NCBI GenBank assembly: GCA_964016885.1
Contig: OZ024743.1
Span: 317,874,001 to 317,938,000, forward strand
Origin: Eledone cirrhosa
Taxonomy: Eukaryota
DNA length: 64,000 nucleotides
Direction: 5' to 3'
Of this stretch, positions 26,195-41,410 are shown piece by piece. The first letter of the stretch is position 1. Each line of letters starts with the position of its first letter. Under the pieces are notes generated by a model. It ran no database searches, was not told the DNA's origin, and was given only the letters and a program-made list of their open reading frames with translations. The translations under genes were made by a program, and so were the position numbers.

Positions 26195-26640
26195 AACGAG
26201 TAGGACCCCGACGGCTGAGCTCAAGCCGTTTCGACGTCTAATTCTGGACTATTTTAAACAGATTTGTTCGTTGTTACTTGTAATACTAAGATGTGTTCAA
26301 TGTGCAGACGACTCGCTGGCCGGATCTTGAGGACTTTCCGGACAAGAGACCGAGAGACCATGTTGATACTATGGAAGATATTTGTCCTAAGGCGCCTGGA
26401 CTATTGCTCCCAGCTGTGGTCACCCCATAGTATCAAACAAACCACGGATGATCTACTGGGAGAGGCTAAAAGAACTGAACCTCTACTCCTTGGAACGAAG
26501 ACGGGAGAGATACGCAGTGATATACATATGGAAAATCCTGGAGGACTAGCACCGAACTTTGGCATTGAGAGCTGGACCAACCCCCGAAGAGGACGTCACT
26601 GTGTGATGCCAAATGTCCCGACTTCTTCATCTAGAATAAG
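24060..26640 (+). mobile_element. CR1-clade LINE, degenerate APE+RT, interrupted at ~26142-26290
   Basis: GGVALY, GDFNLP, SDHN, AGPDG, RPVSL, QHGFR, YLDFAKAF.KVDH, GVPQG, YADDT and LDYCSQLWSP. Confidence 0.9.
26192..26292 (-). mobile_element. Family C fragment fused to a captured 34-nt local sequence, inserted in the CR1
   Basis: Reverse complement of 30212-30322 lacking 9 nt. Confidence 0.8.
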
Positions 26641-26651
26641 GAGCAGATATA

Positions 26652-28379
<1,728 letters not shown>

Positions 28380-28467
28380 CAAAGGCCCTGTGCGGTTGCA
28401 AATAAATATTACTTAGAAAACGTAAGGGAAACACAAACATAAGGACAATTCCCGCTCTTCAGCTGTC

Positions 28468-28522
28468 TGCTGTGGGTCGGTGAAGTTTCGACGCATTAAA
28501 GACAGTACATCTCACCACAGTG
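28468..28522 (-). ncRNA. Decayed hammerhead motif in a PLE-type UTR
   Basis: Stem I ctgtgg/ccacag, stem II gatgta/tgcgtc and GAAAC are intact; the core lacks CTGA and the triplet is GAC. Confidence 0.4.
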
Positions 28523-28927
28523 CGTTGATAATTAAGAGGAATATTTATCAGGGAAGAAAACAAAAAAAAATCAGAGACGATACCGAAGAGAACGAGAGAA
28601 AAAGAAAATAAACAAAAGAAAACATACAGATAGAGAGGGGATAACACGAGATAGTAGTACATGTAAGTTGTAGTAACTGGTTGGAGAGAGGCAGAAGTTA
28701 AAAAAGAAACCGAACGTAAGCCCTGAATCCATATTAACAGTACGAGGCAGAACGAAGAGAAAAAACGTCTGGTCACAGCGAGAATAGGCGCAAAGAGGGA
28801 GAGACGAAGGAAAATCGGAAGTGAGAGGAGGGAAGTGGTAAGGGAGCAGAGCGATAGGGGGAGAAAGGAGATAGATGGTAAGAGAGAAGGAGAATAAATG
28901 AGTGGGAGAGAGAGGGGGAATAAGTGA

Positions 28928-29020
<93 letters not shown>

Positions 29021-29044
29021 GGACGGAAAAGGTTAATCCAAAAT

Positions 29045-29095
<51 letters not shown>

Positions 29096-29177
29096 AGTTA
29101 TTCCGGGTTGAATCGGAGGTAACCACAGTAAGTAAGGTACTCAATACATAGCAGAGTATAAAAGTTTTAATATAGAT

Positions 29178-29230
29178 GAGATTCTACAGGACTAGAACTG
29201 TTTCATTCTTGAGAAATCATCAGGAATGTC
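29178..29230 (-). ncRNA. Type I hammerhead ribozyme motif (family D)
   Basis: attc CTGATGA t ttc tcaa gaa t GAAA cag ttctagtc ct GTA gaat. Confidence 0.75.
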
Positions 29231-29326
29231 CTACGCCATTTTGTTTCTGTGTGTGAGACACACACAGAAACAAAATGGCGTAGGACAGAAGAAAGGAAAG
29301 GCACAGAAACAAAGAAAGGAATCCCC

Positions 29327-29371
29327 AGTCACTGAAGAGGTCACAGAGTGTGTGACGAAATGACTATGACT
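29327..29371 (+). ncRNA. Minimal type I hammerhead motif (family L)
   Basis: agtca CTGAAGA g gtcac agagtgt gtgac GAAA tgac TA tgact. Confidence 0.75.
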
Positions 29372-29703
29372 ATATATAAACAACTATCTGGTTGTGGAAC
29401 CAACCAACCAACCAGAAATTTATAAATTTGTAATATTGTAAATTTATAAATATATAATAAATTGAAGTGAAAGCAACTGGTGCATGTGTTTCTTATTGGC
29501 AACATGACCCTCCCAAAGTATAACAATATCGGTTTCAGCACACGATTTCAGATAAAGAATCTTGCTAAACAAATTCAGAAACGAAATATATATATATATA
29601 TATATATATAAGCAAAACCTATATGCAATTTGTAGGTAATTCAACAAATATAAATGTTTATAACCGATTCAGAGCACTCGACAGTTTTCTGGAGTATAAT
29701 ATT

Positions 29704-30049
29704 CAATGATATTAAATAAATGGAAACTATATTTATAAAACCATATTTATTCTATTATATATATATTTCAAGGGTACCAAAACTTTGGTACGCTTTCATC
29801 AGATAAAATACAAAGTTTGTTTTATAAATTTTGATATAACCAAGAAAAGATACCTTAACGGTTCAAGGTTTTTTTATCCAAGAAAAACTTGAACCGTTAA
29901 GGTATCTTTTCTTGGTTATATCAAAATTTATAAAACAAACTTTGTATTTTATCTGATGAAAGCGTACCAAAGTTTTGGTACCCTTGAAATATATATAATA
30001 GAATAAATATGGTTTTATAAATATAGTTTCCATTTATTTAATATCATTG
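29704..30049. repeat. ~345-bp near-perfect palindrome (family E) with a hammerhead in each arm (29748-29810 minus; 29945-30005 plus)
   Basis: ~170-bp arms; tattttat CTGATGA aagcgtaccaaa..tttggtaccctt GAAA tatata TA atagaata. Confidence 0.9.
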
Positions 30050-30077
30050 TGTATATATATATATATATATATATATA

Positions 30078-30318
30078 ACGAAGGAAAAGTGTTAAGGAAC
30101 CAGATGGACCATAACGCACCAAAGTACTCAATACTTAGGGTAGTAGAATGGGTAATAGGAACGAGTAGGACTCCGACGGCTGAGCTCAAGCCGTTTCGAC
30201 GGCTAATTCTGATCTTAGTATTACAAGTAACAACGAACAAATCTGATCTTTATATTTAAAATAGTCCAGAATTAGCCGTCGAAACGGCTTGAGCTCAGCC
30301 GTCGGGGTCCTACTCGTT

Positions 30319-30322
<4 letters not shown>
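30078..30322. mobile_element. Family C fold-back element with a captured 43-nt loop
   Basis: Inverted arms 30158-30211 / 30267-30322, in (TA)n. Confidence 0.8.
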
Positions 30323-30406
<84 letters not shown>

Positions 30407-30413
<7 letters not shown>

Positions 30414-30841
30414 GGAAACTATATTTATAAAACCATATTTATTTTATTATATATATTTCAAAGCAAATTATGGTGCGCTTTCATCAGATAAAATACAGAT
30501 TTGTTTTATAAATAAATATTGACATACCCGGAAAAAAAGACAACCTTAACGGTTGGAGCTTCCTGGAAGCTATCCAGGAAGCTCCAACCGTTAAGGTCGT
30601 CTTTTATTCCGGGTATGTCAATATTTATTTATAAAACAAATCTGTATTTTATCTGATGAAAGCGCACCATAATTTGCCTTGGTTGCCCTTGAAATATATA
30701 TAATAAAATAAATATGGTTTTATAAATATAGTTTCCATTTATTAATATATTGTGTATTTACTCCACTAAACTGTTGAGTGCTTTATATAAGTTATAAACA
30801 TTTTTAAGCTTGTTGAATCCCAACAAATTAAATATAACCTC

Positions 30842-30845
<4 letters not shown>
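30407..30845. repeat. Second, diverged family E palindrome with a hammerhead at 30645-30710 (+)
   Basis: Arms 30407-30567 / 30573-30743 plus a tail; stem I tattttat/ataaaata. Confidence 0.85.
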
Positions 30846-30889
<44 letters not shown>

Positions 30890-30954
30890 GAGAGAGAGGG
30901 GGGTTAGGGGGAGAGGAGAGGAAAACGAGTGAGAGAGAATATAATAATTTGTGC

Positions 30955-30997
<43 letters not shown>

Positions 30998-31054
30998 AGT
31001 GCTAGGAAAAAGACAGAGGGGGAGTGGGAAAAAACGAGAAAGAGCACAGTAAAG

Positions 31055-31190
31055 AGGACGGAAGCGAAAGTTAAAATAAAATTATAATCAAGCTAAAAGT
31101 CACATAGACGAATCGTGACGTCACTGCTTTGAATAAAACTTGTCATTTTTCTTAAAGGATAAACAGCACGTTGTATGTTTGCTGTCATCT
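31055..31190 (+). promoter_or_regulatory. Candidate Pol II promoter
   Basis: ETS-like CGGAAG at ~31059, palindromic CRE gTGACGTCAc at 31115-31124, GATAAA at 31158 (29 nt upstream of 31187) and Inr-like TCATCTT with A at 31187. Confidence 0.45.
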
Positions 31191-31342
31191 TAGTATTACA
31201 AGTAACAACGAACAAATCTGATCTTTATAATCATTAATTTTGATTATCATTAATATTATTATTATTATTATTATTTCCAATAATTGTTGTTATCAAATAT
31301 TTTTGCAATATTTAAAATATTTAAAAAAAGAAATTATTTATA

Positions 31343-31608
31343 ATGTCTACATTAACAATTACCCCAAATATGCATAACAATATGAAAAGTTGTCGTAATT
31401 ACCCGGAGTGTGGAGAAATTAGTGTGAACAAAATGCCATTATCAGTTGCGGCTGATACGTCTCAAGTGACAAATGATAAAGACAACCATTTATTACATTC
31501 TAAACAGTTGAGGAAGGGGGCACTATCGGCAAATTCTCGACGGAAAACGCGCCCACATAATCTTCACATTTCGACTAAACGAAACGACATAGCCATGCAA
31601 CAAGAACT
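31343..31608 (+). CDS. Candidate first coding exon of an unidentified host gene
   Basis: Non-repetitive 88-codon ORF ending at a consensus donor ACT|GTGAGT (phase 2), downstream of promoter-like motifs. Confidence 0.5.
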
Positions 31609-31656
31609 GTGAGTAAATACTTTTATTCAATTTAATTTGAATTCTAAAACATTTCG

Positions 31657-31758
<102 letters not shown>

Positions 31759-31774
31759 TATATATATATATATA

Positions 31775-32132
31775 CAGTGTACCCCCGGCATTCGCGGACC
31801 CAGTTATTCACGGATTTTTCCTTAGAACCTACCTAATAATTGTTCGTAGAAACCACCGCATATTCGCGGAATCGTAAATATCTTCCGCGACCTTTTTATG
31901 GCTTTTTCGTGGCAATATATATTTTTATCGCTAAATTCTTAATAACACTATACCTTATTTTCCGGCCTATTGAACGCCCCTTCGCATAAGACGCTCCCTT
32001 ATTTTGTATTATATGTTACGTTATATTTTGACGTTTATAGGCATTTTTAGGGACCACGTCCAATATGCGTGGTTTGTCACTCTTCGCGAGTGCTCTAGGA
32101 ACGTATACCCCGCGAATACCAAGGGACAACTG
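31775..32132. mobile_element. Tigger/pogo-type MITE
   Basis: TIRs cagtgtacccccggcattcgcgg / ccgcgaataccaagggacaactg with TA on both sides. Confidence 0.8.
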
Positions 32133-32228
32133 TATGTATGTATGTACGTATGTGTGTGTGTGTGTTCAATCGGGGGTAACCATAGTTAGTAAGGTACTCA
32201 ATATATCACTATACACAATAATTTTCAT

Positions 32229-32535
32229 TCGAGGTTGACTTTGCCTTTCATCCTTACGGGGTCGATAAAATAAAGTACCAGTAATGCACTGGGTTATTGC
32301 TGGCCTTGTACCTAAAGTAGAAACAATTATTATTATTAATCGAGTACCAATACACTGGGTAATTGCTATTATAAAGTACCAGTAATACACTGGGTAATTT
32401 GCTGGCCTCGTGCCTAAAGTAGAAACAATTATTATTATTAATCGAGTACCAATACACTGGGTAATTGCTATTATAAAGTACCAGTAATACATTGGATAAT
32501 TTGCTGGCCTTGTGCCAAAAGTAGAAACAATTATT
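32229..32535 (+). mobile_element. SINE S1 3' half with tandemly re-duplicated tail
   Basis: The gtaccagtaat..ctgggt..ctggcc..aagtagaaacaatt block is repeated three times. Confidence 0.8.
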
Positions 32536-32675
32536 ATTATTAGTCGAGTGTAAACATTAAGTTTAATATAGGACTAGAACTGTTTCATTCAAAAGAAATC
32601 ATCAGGAAAGCCCTTTTCCGTATGATTTCTTTTGAATGATTTCTAGTACTGTAGAAGACATTTCTATATTAAACT

Positions 32676-32754
<79 letters not shown>

Positions 32755-32864
32755 TAAATGTGAAGACTAAAATCCAAAGAGGGCTCGATAATGATAAATA
32801 TATATCAAATATATAAGAACCCTAGAGCAAAATCTGTTATTTTAATAAATATATATGTATAAGT

Positions 32865-32998
32865 TTATCTCGGGTTCAATCGGGGGTAACCACAGTAAGT
32901 AAGGTACTCAATACATAGCAGAGTATAAATATTTAACATAGAGATGGCTTCTACAGGACTAGAACTGTTTCATTCGGGATAAACCATCAGGAAGCCCA
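32865..32998 (-). mobile_element. Family D end with a core-mutated hammerhead (32946-32996)
   Basis: ggcttc CTGATGG ... GAAAcag..ctGTA gaagcc. Confidence 0.65.
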
Positions 32999-33066
32999 TA
33001 TATGTATGTATGTAAATATATATATATAGGAAAATGTATGACCCCGTCGAAACGGCTTGAGCTCTG

Positions 33067-33127
<61 letters not shown>

Positions 33128-33131
<4 letters not shown>

Positions 33132-33552
33132 TCTGTGCTGCTGTACGCGTCTGAGACTTGGACACTGACCAAGAAACTCACTCAGATGGTGGATGGGTGC
33201 TACACGAGAATGCTGAGGATGGCTCTGAACATTAATCAGTATACACTGAGGATGAAAAACTCAGAGCTGTATGGGAGCCTCCCAAAAGTCAGCTCAAAAG
33301 TGAAACAGAGGAGACTGAGGTTAGCTGGACATGCTCACCGACATCCAGAGTTGACATTGCACTCAGTGCTCCTCTGGGAGCCCCTACATGGACACACTGG
33401 AAGAGGAAGACCAAGGTTAACGTATGTTGATGCCCTAAGGACAGACACTGGTCTGTTGGAGACGCGGGACATGGCAGCGATAATGAGGGACAGAGACCGC
33501 TGGAGAGAACTCGTCCATGGATCTCGGGAATTTTACCCGCCCTAGAAAAAAA
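33128..33552 (+). mobile_element. RTE-type LINE 3' fragment
   Basis: [20 protein letters not shown] and GRGRPRLTY; ends in an A tail. Confidence 0.85.
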
Positions 33553-34034
33553 AATATATACAAACACACGCACACAGAAACACAAACACACACATGCACA
33601 AGCACAACCACAAACACACTCATACATACAAACACACACAAACACTAACACGCACACCAATACAAACGTACGCGCACACACAAACACACGCACATAAACA
33701 CATAGAGACACAGCATGCGCACATACACACATACACCCCCAACGCACGCACAAACACACAAACTCATATAAACACACACATACAACCAAACGCAAACGCA
33801 CACACACATACACACTCGCACACACATACACACTCGCACACACATACACACTCGCACACACATACACACTCACACACAAACACATGTATACACACACCCA
33901 CATACATACACACACAAACACATTTACACACATACACAAGCACACTCACATACACGCACAAACACACATACATATCCATGATATATATTTTAGGGGCGGC
34001 TGGCTTCGGTTTAACCATTAAGCAAGATAAACAG

Positions 34035-34380
34035 ATATTTAGGGCTTCAAATAAAGATAGACCTCAAAATAAACACGTGTTTAGAGTTTCAAATAAAGAG
34101 TGGCCTTAAAATAAATACGTGTTTAGGGCTTCAAGTATAGAGGGACTTCAAAATAAACACGTTTAAGTCTTAAACAAAACAGGGCTCTCAAAATAAACAC
34201 GTGTTTAGGGCTTCAAATAAAGAGTGGCCTTAAAATAAATACGTGTTTAGGGCTTCAAGTATAGAGGGACTTCAAAATAAACACGTTTAAGTCTTTAACT
34301 AAACAGGGCTTCAAATAAAGAGTGGCCTCAAAATAAACTCGTGTTTGGAGCTTCATGTAAAGAGGAACTTCAAAATAATT
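34035..34380. repeat. Degenerate ~40-bp tandem repeat with a higher-order duplication
   Basis: gggcttcaaataaagagtggcc..aaaataaa.acgtgtttag units. Confidence 0.75.
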
Positions 34381-34574
34381 AAAAGGCATGTTTTCTTTTT
34401 TCTTTTTTGTGAGACTTTCTGGTGTAATTTTTTTAACGAGGGGCCTTGAAGCATTTTATAGTCTAGGGTCTCACCAAGTACTGCATATGTGAAAACATTA
34501 TTTGTACGCCGGCCTTTACACCCTGGAAATGTTGGCGAAACTGTATGGAAATCATAATCAGTCGCTGATGTTAG

Positions 34575-34895
34575 GCACCAGATGTTGCGACACTCTCAGG
34601 TGACAACCTCATTGCTTCGACCACAAGCCTGTCCTTTGCCGCTGCAAAACAGAGGAGCGAATGATGGCCAAATACCAGGCATTTACAGACCGTTTCCTTT
34701 TTGAGCCGGTTACAATCGAGACCTCTGGGGTCCGAGGACCCCAGACTGCTGTTTTCCTCCACAATATCTGGCCAATGGCAACACCACACCTGAGGAAGGA
34801 ATCCCGCAAGGTGGAATAACTGATGCAGCGGGCATCGCTGGTTCTTTGCTGCGATACTGTTTTTGCCATCTTACCCACCGTGGGGGTCAACTGAG
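34575..34895 (+). mobile_element. CRE-like 3' fragment (old)
   Basis: KYQAFTDRFLFEPVTIETSGV in the + frame. Confidence 0.65.
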
Positions 34896-35094
34896 ATACA
34901 TTGGCAAACCAACAGGGGGGGGGACCCCTCCTCATTGCTCCCCGTTTGCTTATTTTTCCCCATTGTCATTATGATATTCTAAATAAATGTATTTTCCGAA
35001 AAAAGAATAATCATTCTCTATCCTAACAGTAATAGTAACTGAAACAAAGTGTGTTAACTATAGCAAGGAGTCGGAACCTGAGTGTAGTCTCTAG

Positions 35095-35372
35095 TCTGTC
35101 TCAAGCCCAGAGGCTTATCAGGCTGGCGCTTACCCCTGTTTCCGTGGCGTTAAGTGGCTGAGGGTATAAGACTACCCATTGAACCCCTGGACATGATCCC
35201 AGTCTATCGCAGGGTTAAACCCCTAGTTGTTGCTGGTACTCATTTTCAGCTGAGTATTCTGGAGCAACGTGAAATGAAGTGTTTTGCTCAAGAACACGAC
35301 ACACAACCCAGTCCAGGAATCGAATCTACGACATTATGACCGTAAGTTCAACACCTTTACCATTAGGCCACG
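35095..35372 (-). mobile_element. tRNA-derived SINE family S2
   Basis: Minus strand: gtggcctaatgg (A box), ttcgattcc (B box), gtgttcttgagcaaaacact central domain. Confidence 0.8.
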
Positions 35373-35613
35373 TAGTATTATCTTACTGAGAATTACTTAA
35401 CAACATCAAAGATATGGAGACACTATATAAGCCTTCCGGGGTTACCCCCCCCCCCCCCCGTCAAAATAAAATAATAATGTGTTTCAGAATGCTTGTGCTT
35501 TGGTTTTTACTACATATTTTCTATTCACTCTAAATAGTATGATGATGGTTTTAATTTCTTTCTTAGTCTCGTATTGGTGATAAAAAAAGCGAAAAGTGTG
35601 AGCTCATAATAAT

Positions 35614-35803
35614 AATTGTTTCTACTTTTGGCACAAAGCCAGCAATAACCCAGTGTATTACTGGTACTTTATTTTATCGACCCCGTAAGGATGGAAGGCA
35701 AAGTTAACCTTGGCGGGATTTGAACTCATAATGGCAAGGGCCGTAACTCTATGCGTCAAAGCATGGCGTCCGACCCTCTACCGATACTGCCAATCCACCG
35801 CCC
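35614..35803 (-). mobile_element. SINE family S1 (full length)
   Basis: Consensus match; aataataat flanks. Confidence 0.85.
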
Positions 35804-35894
35804 TTGAGCTCATAATAATAATAATACACATTTACAGTATATATATATATATATATGCGTGTGCGTGTGTGTGTGTGTGTAAGTGTATAATGAT

Positions 35895-36762
35895 AATAAT
35901 AATCATTTCATTTATTGGCCACAAGGGCCGACATGTAGAGGACAATACAAAGACAGATTGTAAAGAAAGATTGTAAACCACCCAGGGGCGACTCAGGTAC
36001 CCCACCTATCCTGAACCACCCGACGCTTCTAGGGCACCCGGGGAGGGCACCCCTTTTCTCCTCAAATTCACCCACCTACAGGTGCATGGTCAGAGTAGGC
36101 CCACTCACACGGGCCATTCTCGCCACATTCACCCACCTTTCAGCAAATGTACTGGGGGGCAGCACTTCTCTCTCCACCCTCACCTTCCTTTCCAAGGAAA
36201 ATTTGAAAAAGTTGATGAGGGATTGGCCGAAGAGAAACGTGTCAGTCTTCAGTCCTTTCAACCTCGTCCACCATACAACCTCTTTCGCAACTGCCTCCAG
36301 ACAGAGGAAAATTGCCTACCCTTCTTGGCTAACAGAAGGCGGCGGGTCGATCTTCACTATGGACTCAGCCGATAGTCGGATCCGTTCTACACGCGACAAC
36401 AGCTGTTCGACATAACTCCACAAGTCAGTAGTGCACGGACATTGGACGAGTGCGTGCAGAACGGTTTCGCCGCTCTACGCGCACCTCGGGCGGGCAGGTC
36501 CGTCTGACAGCACTTCCGTGCCTGTAGAGTTTATCTCGAATCGGCAGCCCCCCCCCCCCCCCCCCCCCCCCATAGCACTGCCAATCGAGGGATTTCTGGA
36601 AGTCATGACCGGTTGCATCTCAGCGTACTCAATAGGAAAGGTTATGTATAAATCCCAGAGTAGGCACAAAGTTATTTGCCTGGAAGTTGTGGCTGCCATA
36701 CAGCAGGTACTATTCGAGTTGTCTAAGGCAATCACAAAATACTCAGTGGAGCGTCCAGAGTA
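35895..36762 (-). mobile_element. L1/Tx1-clade LINE 3' fragment
   Basis: PRCA*SGETVLHALVQC (CCHC-like), AKEVVWWTR and FAERWV; AATAAA followed by an (att)n tail. Confidence 0.8.
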
Positions 36763-36763
36763 A

Positions 36764-36797
<34 letters not shown>

Positions 36798-37017
36798 GTA
36801 TACTTAATCCCCATCTCCAATCCCCAAACTGTAACGGGAGCTCTGCTTTAGTAACGCTTCTCAACCTTTCCCATACCAAGGGTATCGTTTATTTAAAATA
36901 ATTTTCCACGGACCCTCGGCTGCAATAACTCCCCTCCCGTATTGTTATTCAGTGAGAATAACAATACAGTTAGAAACGAATGAGTATCCTTTTGTGTGTG
37001 TGTGTGTGTGTGCGTGC

Positions 37018-37095
<78 letters not shown>

Positions 37096-37462
37096 GCGTG
37101 TGCGTGCGTGTGTGTGTGTTAAGCAAAATATTTATAAAGTGATATACTTATACTAGATGTAACTGGATAGTCAATTGTATTATATATCAGCCAAGTACTT
37201 GATATTTTGAACATAGTTCTTAGATCCTAATACTGGTGGTGCGTGATCCAGTAATTAGGGTGTTGGATTTCCGATCATAACGTCGTGGGTACGATTCCTA
37301 AACTGGGTTGTGTGTTGTGTTCTTAAGCAAAATGCTTCATTTCACGTAGCGCTTGTAGTATTAAACACAAAGTGTAAACTTACTACACAAAATTAAATTT
37401 AGAACTACACAAACAGAGTTCAACAGCACGTTAAAATAATCACAACAGAGGGCCTAAAAAGC

Positions 37463-37898
37463 CAGAGGCGTAACTCGGGTATGACAAGCATGGCACGTGC
37501 CATTGGCGTCACTTGAACTAGGATCACTTTCTATTAAAGTCAGATAAGCTATCCTCAGGGTTTGAAAAAAGAAACTTCTTCAGATGTAATAGCTGTCTTT
37601 GATTATCATGGGTGAGAAGCACTATAGTGGTTGGATCACTAAAACATTTCTATAAATTATTAGACCTATAGGTAAGAATACAGTACTGGGACCACGTCAT
37701 AGACAAATTTGCATCAGTAAAAGCAAAGAAAATGAAGATGTAATTTTTTTGTATTATTTTCAATTAAAAATTAACGAACGCGATTGGTTTTTTGGGGGGC
37801 TGATTTTATGGTTATCTGAAAGATGGGAGTTAGATGTTTGGGTAGGGATGCAATTTCACTGCTTCCCATAGGTACTATTTTCCCTAGTTACGTCTCTG
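37463..37898 (+). mobile_element. hAT deletion derivative
   Basis: TIRs cagaggcgtaactcggg / ccctagttacgtctctg; internal VIDKFASVKAKKMKM* resembles a hAT C-terminus; no TSD visible. Confidence 0.7.
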
Positions 37899-38359
37899 GG
37901 TACTGCTGTTACGCAGTTGTTGGTTATAGTTGTGTTCGATCAAGGATATCCTGAAGCTAGATAACGACGACGTGACGACGATGACAACAAAACGTACTGC
38001 ATTCCTAACTTGTAACAAATATTTCTAGTTGATCCAATTTCACATAAGCTATTTGTTCCCCCTTCACCACAGACATTATCCCTTACATCGCTCTGTTACT
38101 ACTGACTACTGACTAAAATATTCCTATATAAGCCATATTTTTCCCATGGCTTTAACTTTTTATTTCCAAAATAGCATTTACTTGCCATGATCTATTTTAA
38201 ACTATCATATAGAACGGCATCGTGTGATTCTTCTCAGAGTAAAATAAAATAGAAAAACAAAGCAGATGCTGTCAGTGGTGATATTTATATTTCTTTAAAG
38301 TTCACACGACTTTTTATTATTTTACTTCTCAAATAAACATTTAACTGTTATGTAACTAT

Positions 38360-38610
38360 CTTAACCGGTTCCAGAGCCTCGGTATTTGTCACATTTGGCT
38401 ACATAGATCTCTACAACGTGCGCCCCTTCTAGCACTTATGTGCCCCATTCACACAAACCAATCCCAGCGTCTCAGTATTTGTCACTTCATCTTAACCGGT
38501 TCCAGCGTCTCAGTATTTGTCACATTTGGCTACATACGTGCGCCTTCTACCACTTATGTGCCCCGTTCTCACAAACCAGTCCCAGCGTCTAAGTATTTAT
38601 CACCTTAGGC
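38360..38610. repeat. Two-copy ~125-bp tandem repeat
   Basis: cttaaccggttccag...tatttgtcacatttggctacata...cacttatgtgcccc is duplicated. Confidence 0.75.
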
Positions 38611-39724
38611 AAGAGTTCTACAATATGTGCCTCATTTCTACCAATTAAGCGCACCATTCTTCCAAATAAAATAATTTCAACTTACAGTTAACCCGACGAA
38701 TTAAGTTTCTGATTCTTCTTTCGCTAACCAAACTAAGAAAATTACTAAGCCTGTATTTTTCCATTACACAACCCACATTCACCCACGTCAAATCATGTGG
38801 TAGGTGATTAAACCAGATGACCCTCTCCACTGCTTTGGATATTTGCACCACGCAACTATGCGATATATTTATTGATCACGGATTATTGTATTGATACCCT
38901 TATTGATAGACATAACTGGCCGTAGTCATTGGAGCACTTTAACTGCCTCGTGCGTTTCAAGATGCGGGAGCTTCTATGTCTAAGTTTAAGGTTGTTGTAC
39001 ATTGTATAAAATTACGTTCCCTTAAGGTTCAGTAATACGTTACTCTCAGGTCTGTGCCTTAGGTAGTTGCCAAAGTTGCTGCAAGACAATGCTACTGACT
39101 ATATTCTAGTAACTAACGCTGTTTCTCAGAAATCCAATTTGTTGGGCATCCTTACTCATTCAATGTGTAAATTTATATACATATTTACGCAGTCCCTGTT
39201 ATCCCCTATTCTGTGTACATATACAGATATAGCTTTAGAAACTAAATACTGTATGTTTTGCAGACTGGTTGGCTGATATCTGTTGTGCTGTTACCATCAC
39301 CACACTGACCCATATTGTACTATTCAACCCCAAAAATATGTTGTTAGATAATTAAAGCTGTGTTTTGTGAATTACTATTTACTGCACGATGGCTTGGTTT
39401 GGCTCGGCTGTTCTAAAATTCCAAATCCTCATTCATACTACTTAGTATTCTGTGCTAAACAAGATATTAGATGACAAGTGGCGTCTGTCATTGAGATATG
39501 CATTTTATAACACACGCATACACGTACATACACACACACATATATAGATGCTTACATATACACACATATACATGAACACACACAATATATATATTGTGGT
39601 GAGTACGGATACACGCCCCTCCCTCCTGACAACATGACCAAAACCAAAACAGAATACGACGAAGGTCAATCAAGGAGGGGTTCCTCCGGTAGAAGTGAAA
39701 AGGCTCTGGATTGAATTGCATTGA

Positions 39725-39760
<36 letters not shown>

Positions 39761-39879
39761 GTATATATATAGAGAGAGAGAGAGGTGGGTGGGGTGGGAC
39801 AAAAATGTAGTGAAACTATAGTGATTTATGGAGGTAGACTGATGAGAAGGGACTGTTCGTTTTTCTGTTGTTTTTTCCT

Positions 39880-41410
39880 TTTATTTTCAGTTTTACTGTC
39901 ATTACATTTGTGCTCCATCATTCATGTACACTAATATTTCACATCCAGCGGATCACGATGGCCTCATTTATTTACATTTTCGCATATCCTTCATATTCAA
40001 CATCCGAGCTTGGCTATTATGATATATTGCACTTCGTACCCCAGCATCATATAATCTGATTTTCCCTAGGGAAAAAAAAATCCTTTTGTTCCAACAGAGT
40101 TATCAACTCCCTAATCTTTGCTATAGCATTTTCTACTCTGGTTACAATACAAAAAATTCCCCATTGTAGATTAAGTGGTCTCAGAAACAAAAGCTATCAA
40201 CGACTTCTTGGAAGCCTTCAGATAATCTGCAAGATTTCATATCGGATGCTCTCACTAGTAACTAATCCTGTGCATCTGCTACATATAAAGTCCTTCTCTT
40301 TTGTGACCCCGTTGTGGATCTTGGGCATCCATAGTTTACATTAGGTATTCATTGAAATTACGTTCCTTTTTCTTCTGAAGAAGCTGAGGATTTCACGTTT
40401 TTAACGTCGTTTGTTCTTGTGCAGTTATATATGAGTAGGGTGTCCAATTCCTTGATCATGAGCAGGTTAGTAGCAGGCTTCTGCCTCTTACTGATACCAT
40501 GTACAACCTGCTTCATAGTCGAAAGGTCGGTGATTAAACTGGCTACCACACCAGACACTGGTCTTGTCAGGTCAGGCTTCTGTCTGCTACTGGTACCATG
40601 TAATCGAGTTCCACCTGCTTCATGGTTGTATGGTCGGTGACTAAACCGGCATCCTACCAAACCCTGGTCTGGTGAGAAGGGTAAGTGGAACCCATAGCAG
40701 CACAAAAAAAACAAAGGCTGTTAAAAAGGGCGGATGAACTCCTCAGAATCAACCGCCATTCACCCCAACTATTGGTTAAATAGTTTCCTCACCAATTCGC
40801 AATTGGCCAAGTGTATGGCTACACCCTGACATAACCAAAACCAAACAGAAAGCAGTGGAGGTCAATCAGGGAGGGGTTTCTCCTGTAGGAGTGAAAACAC
40901 CCTGGATTGGAGCAGATTCTTTGTAAAACCCTAATTGATGCTGTTGCCTTTCAGTTTAAAGCGGATTCTTCAACCTGGGACAAATTTAATTAGATAGCAC
41001 TTTGCACTTGTCTTATCGGAACATTGCAGTATTTTTTTAAGAGAAGCACCCCGCACCCACCTTTCTAAACCATTGCACTCTTGTGTAGCCCCCACTGTTG
41101 TTCCACGACAGTTAATTCGTTGAGTCAACCCATATATTAGCTGGTCCATATATCTAAGAGTCACTCTTCTATCCACTATCTGTAAATGCTCCTAGTAGTA
41201 GTCATCTCTGCCTCGAGACATTTGGGGTAAAAATTATTAATTATAAAGCCTGGAATACTTAATTTAACCATATGGCTGTGAGAACTAGGCCATCAGTATA
41301 TAGAACTTCTTACAGGCAGTCGGTCTTAAATTCCTCTACTATGGCCTGGAGAACTATTATAAACATGAAATGACTGGGACCCAGCCTTGATAGATACCTA
41401 CCAACACACG
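39880..41410 (-). mobile_element. Old RTE LINE relic interrupted by family B copies (~40400-40960)
   Basis: FIIVLQAIVEEFKTDCL*EVLYTD; KDFICSRCTG, EVVDSF, IRELITLL and NEAIVIRWM are colinear with the RTE at 58468-59205. Confidence 0.7.
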
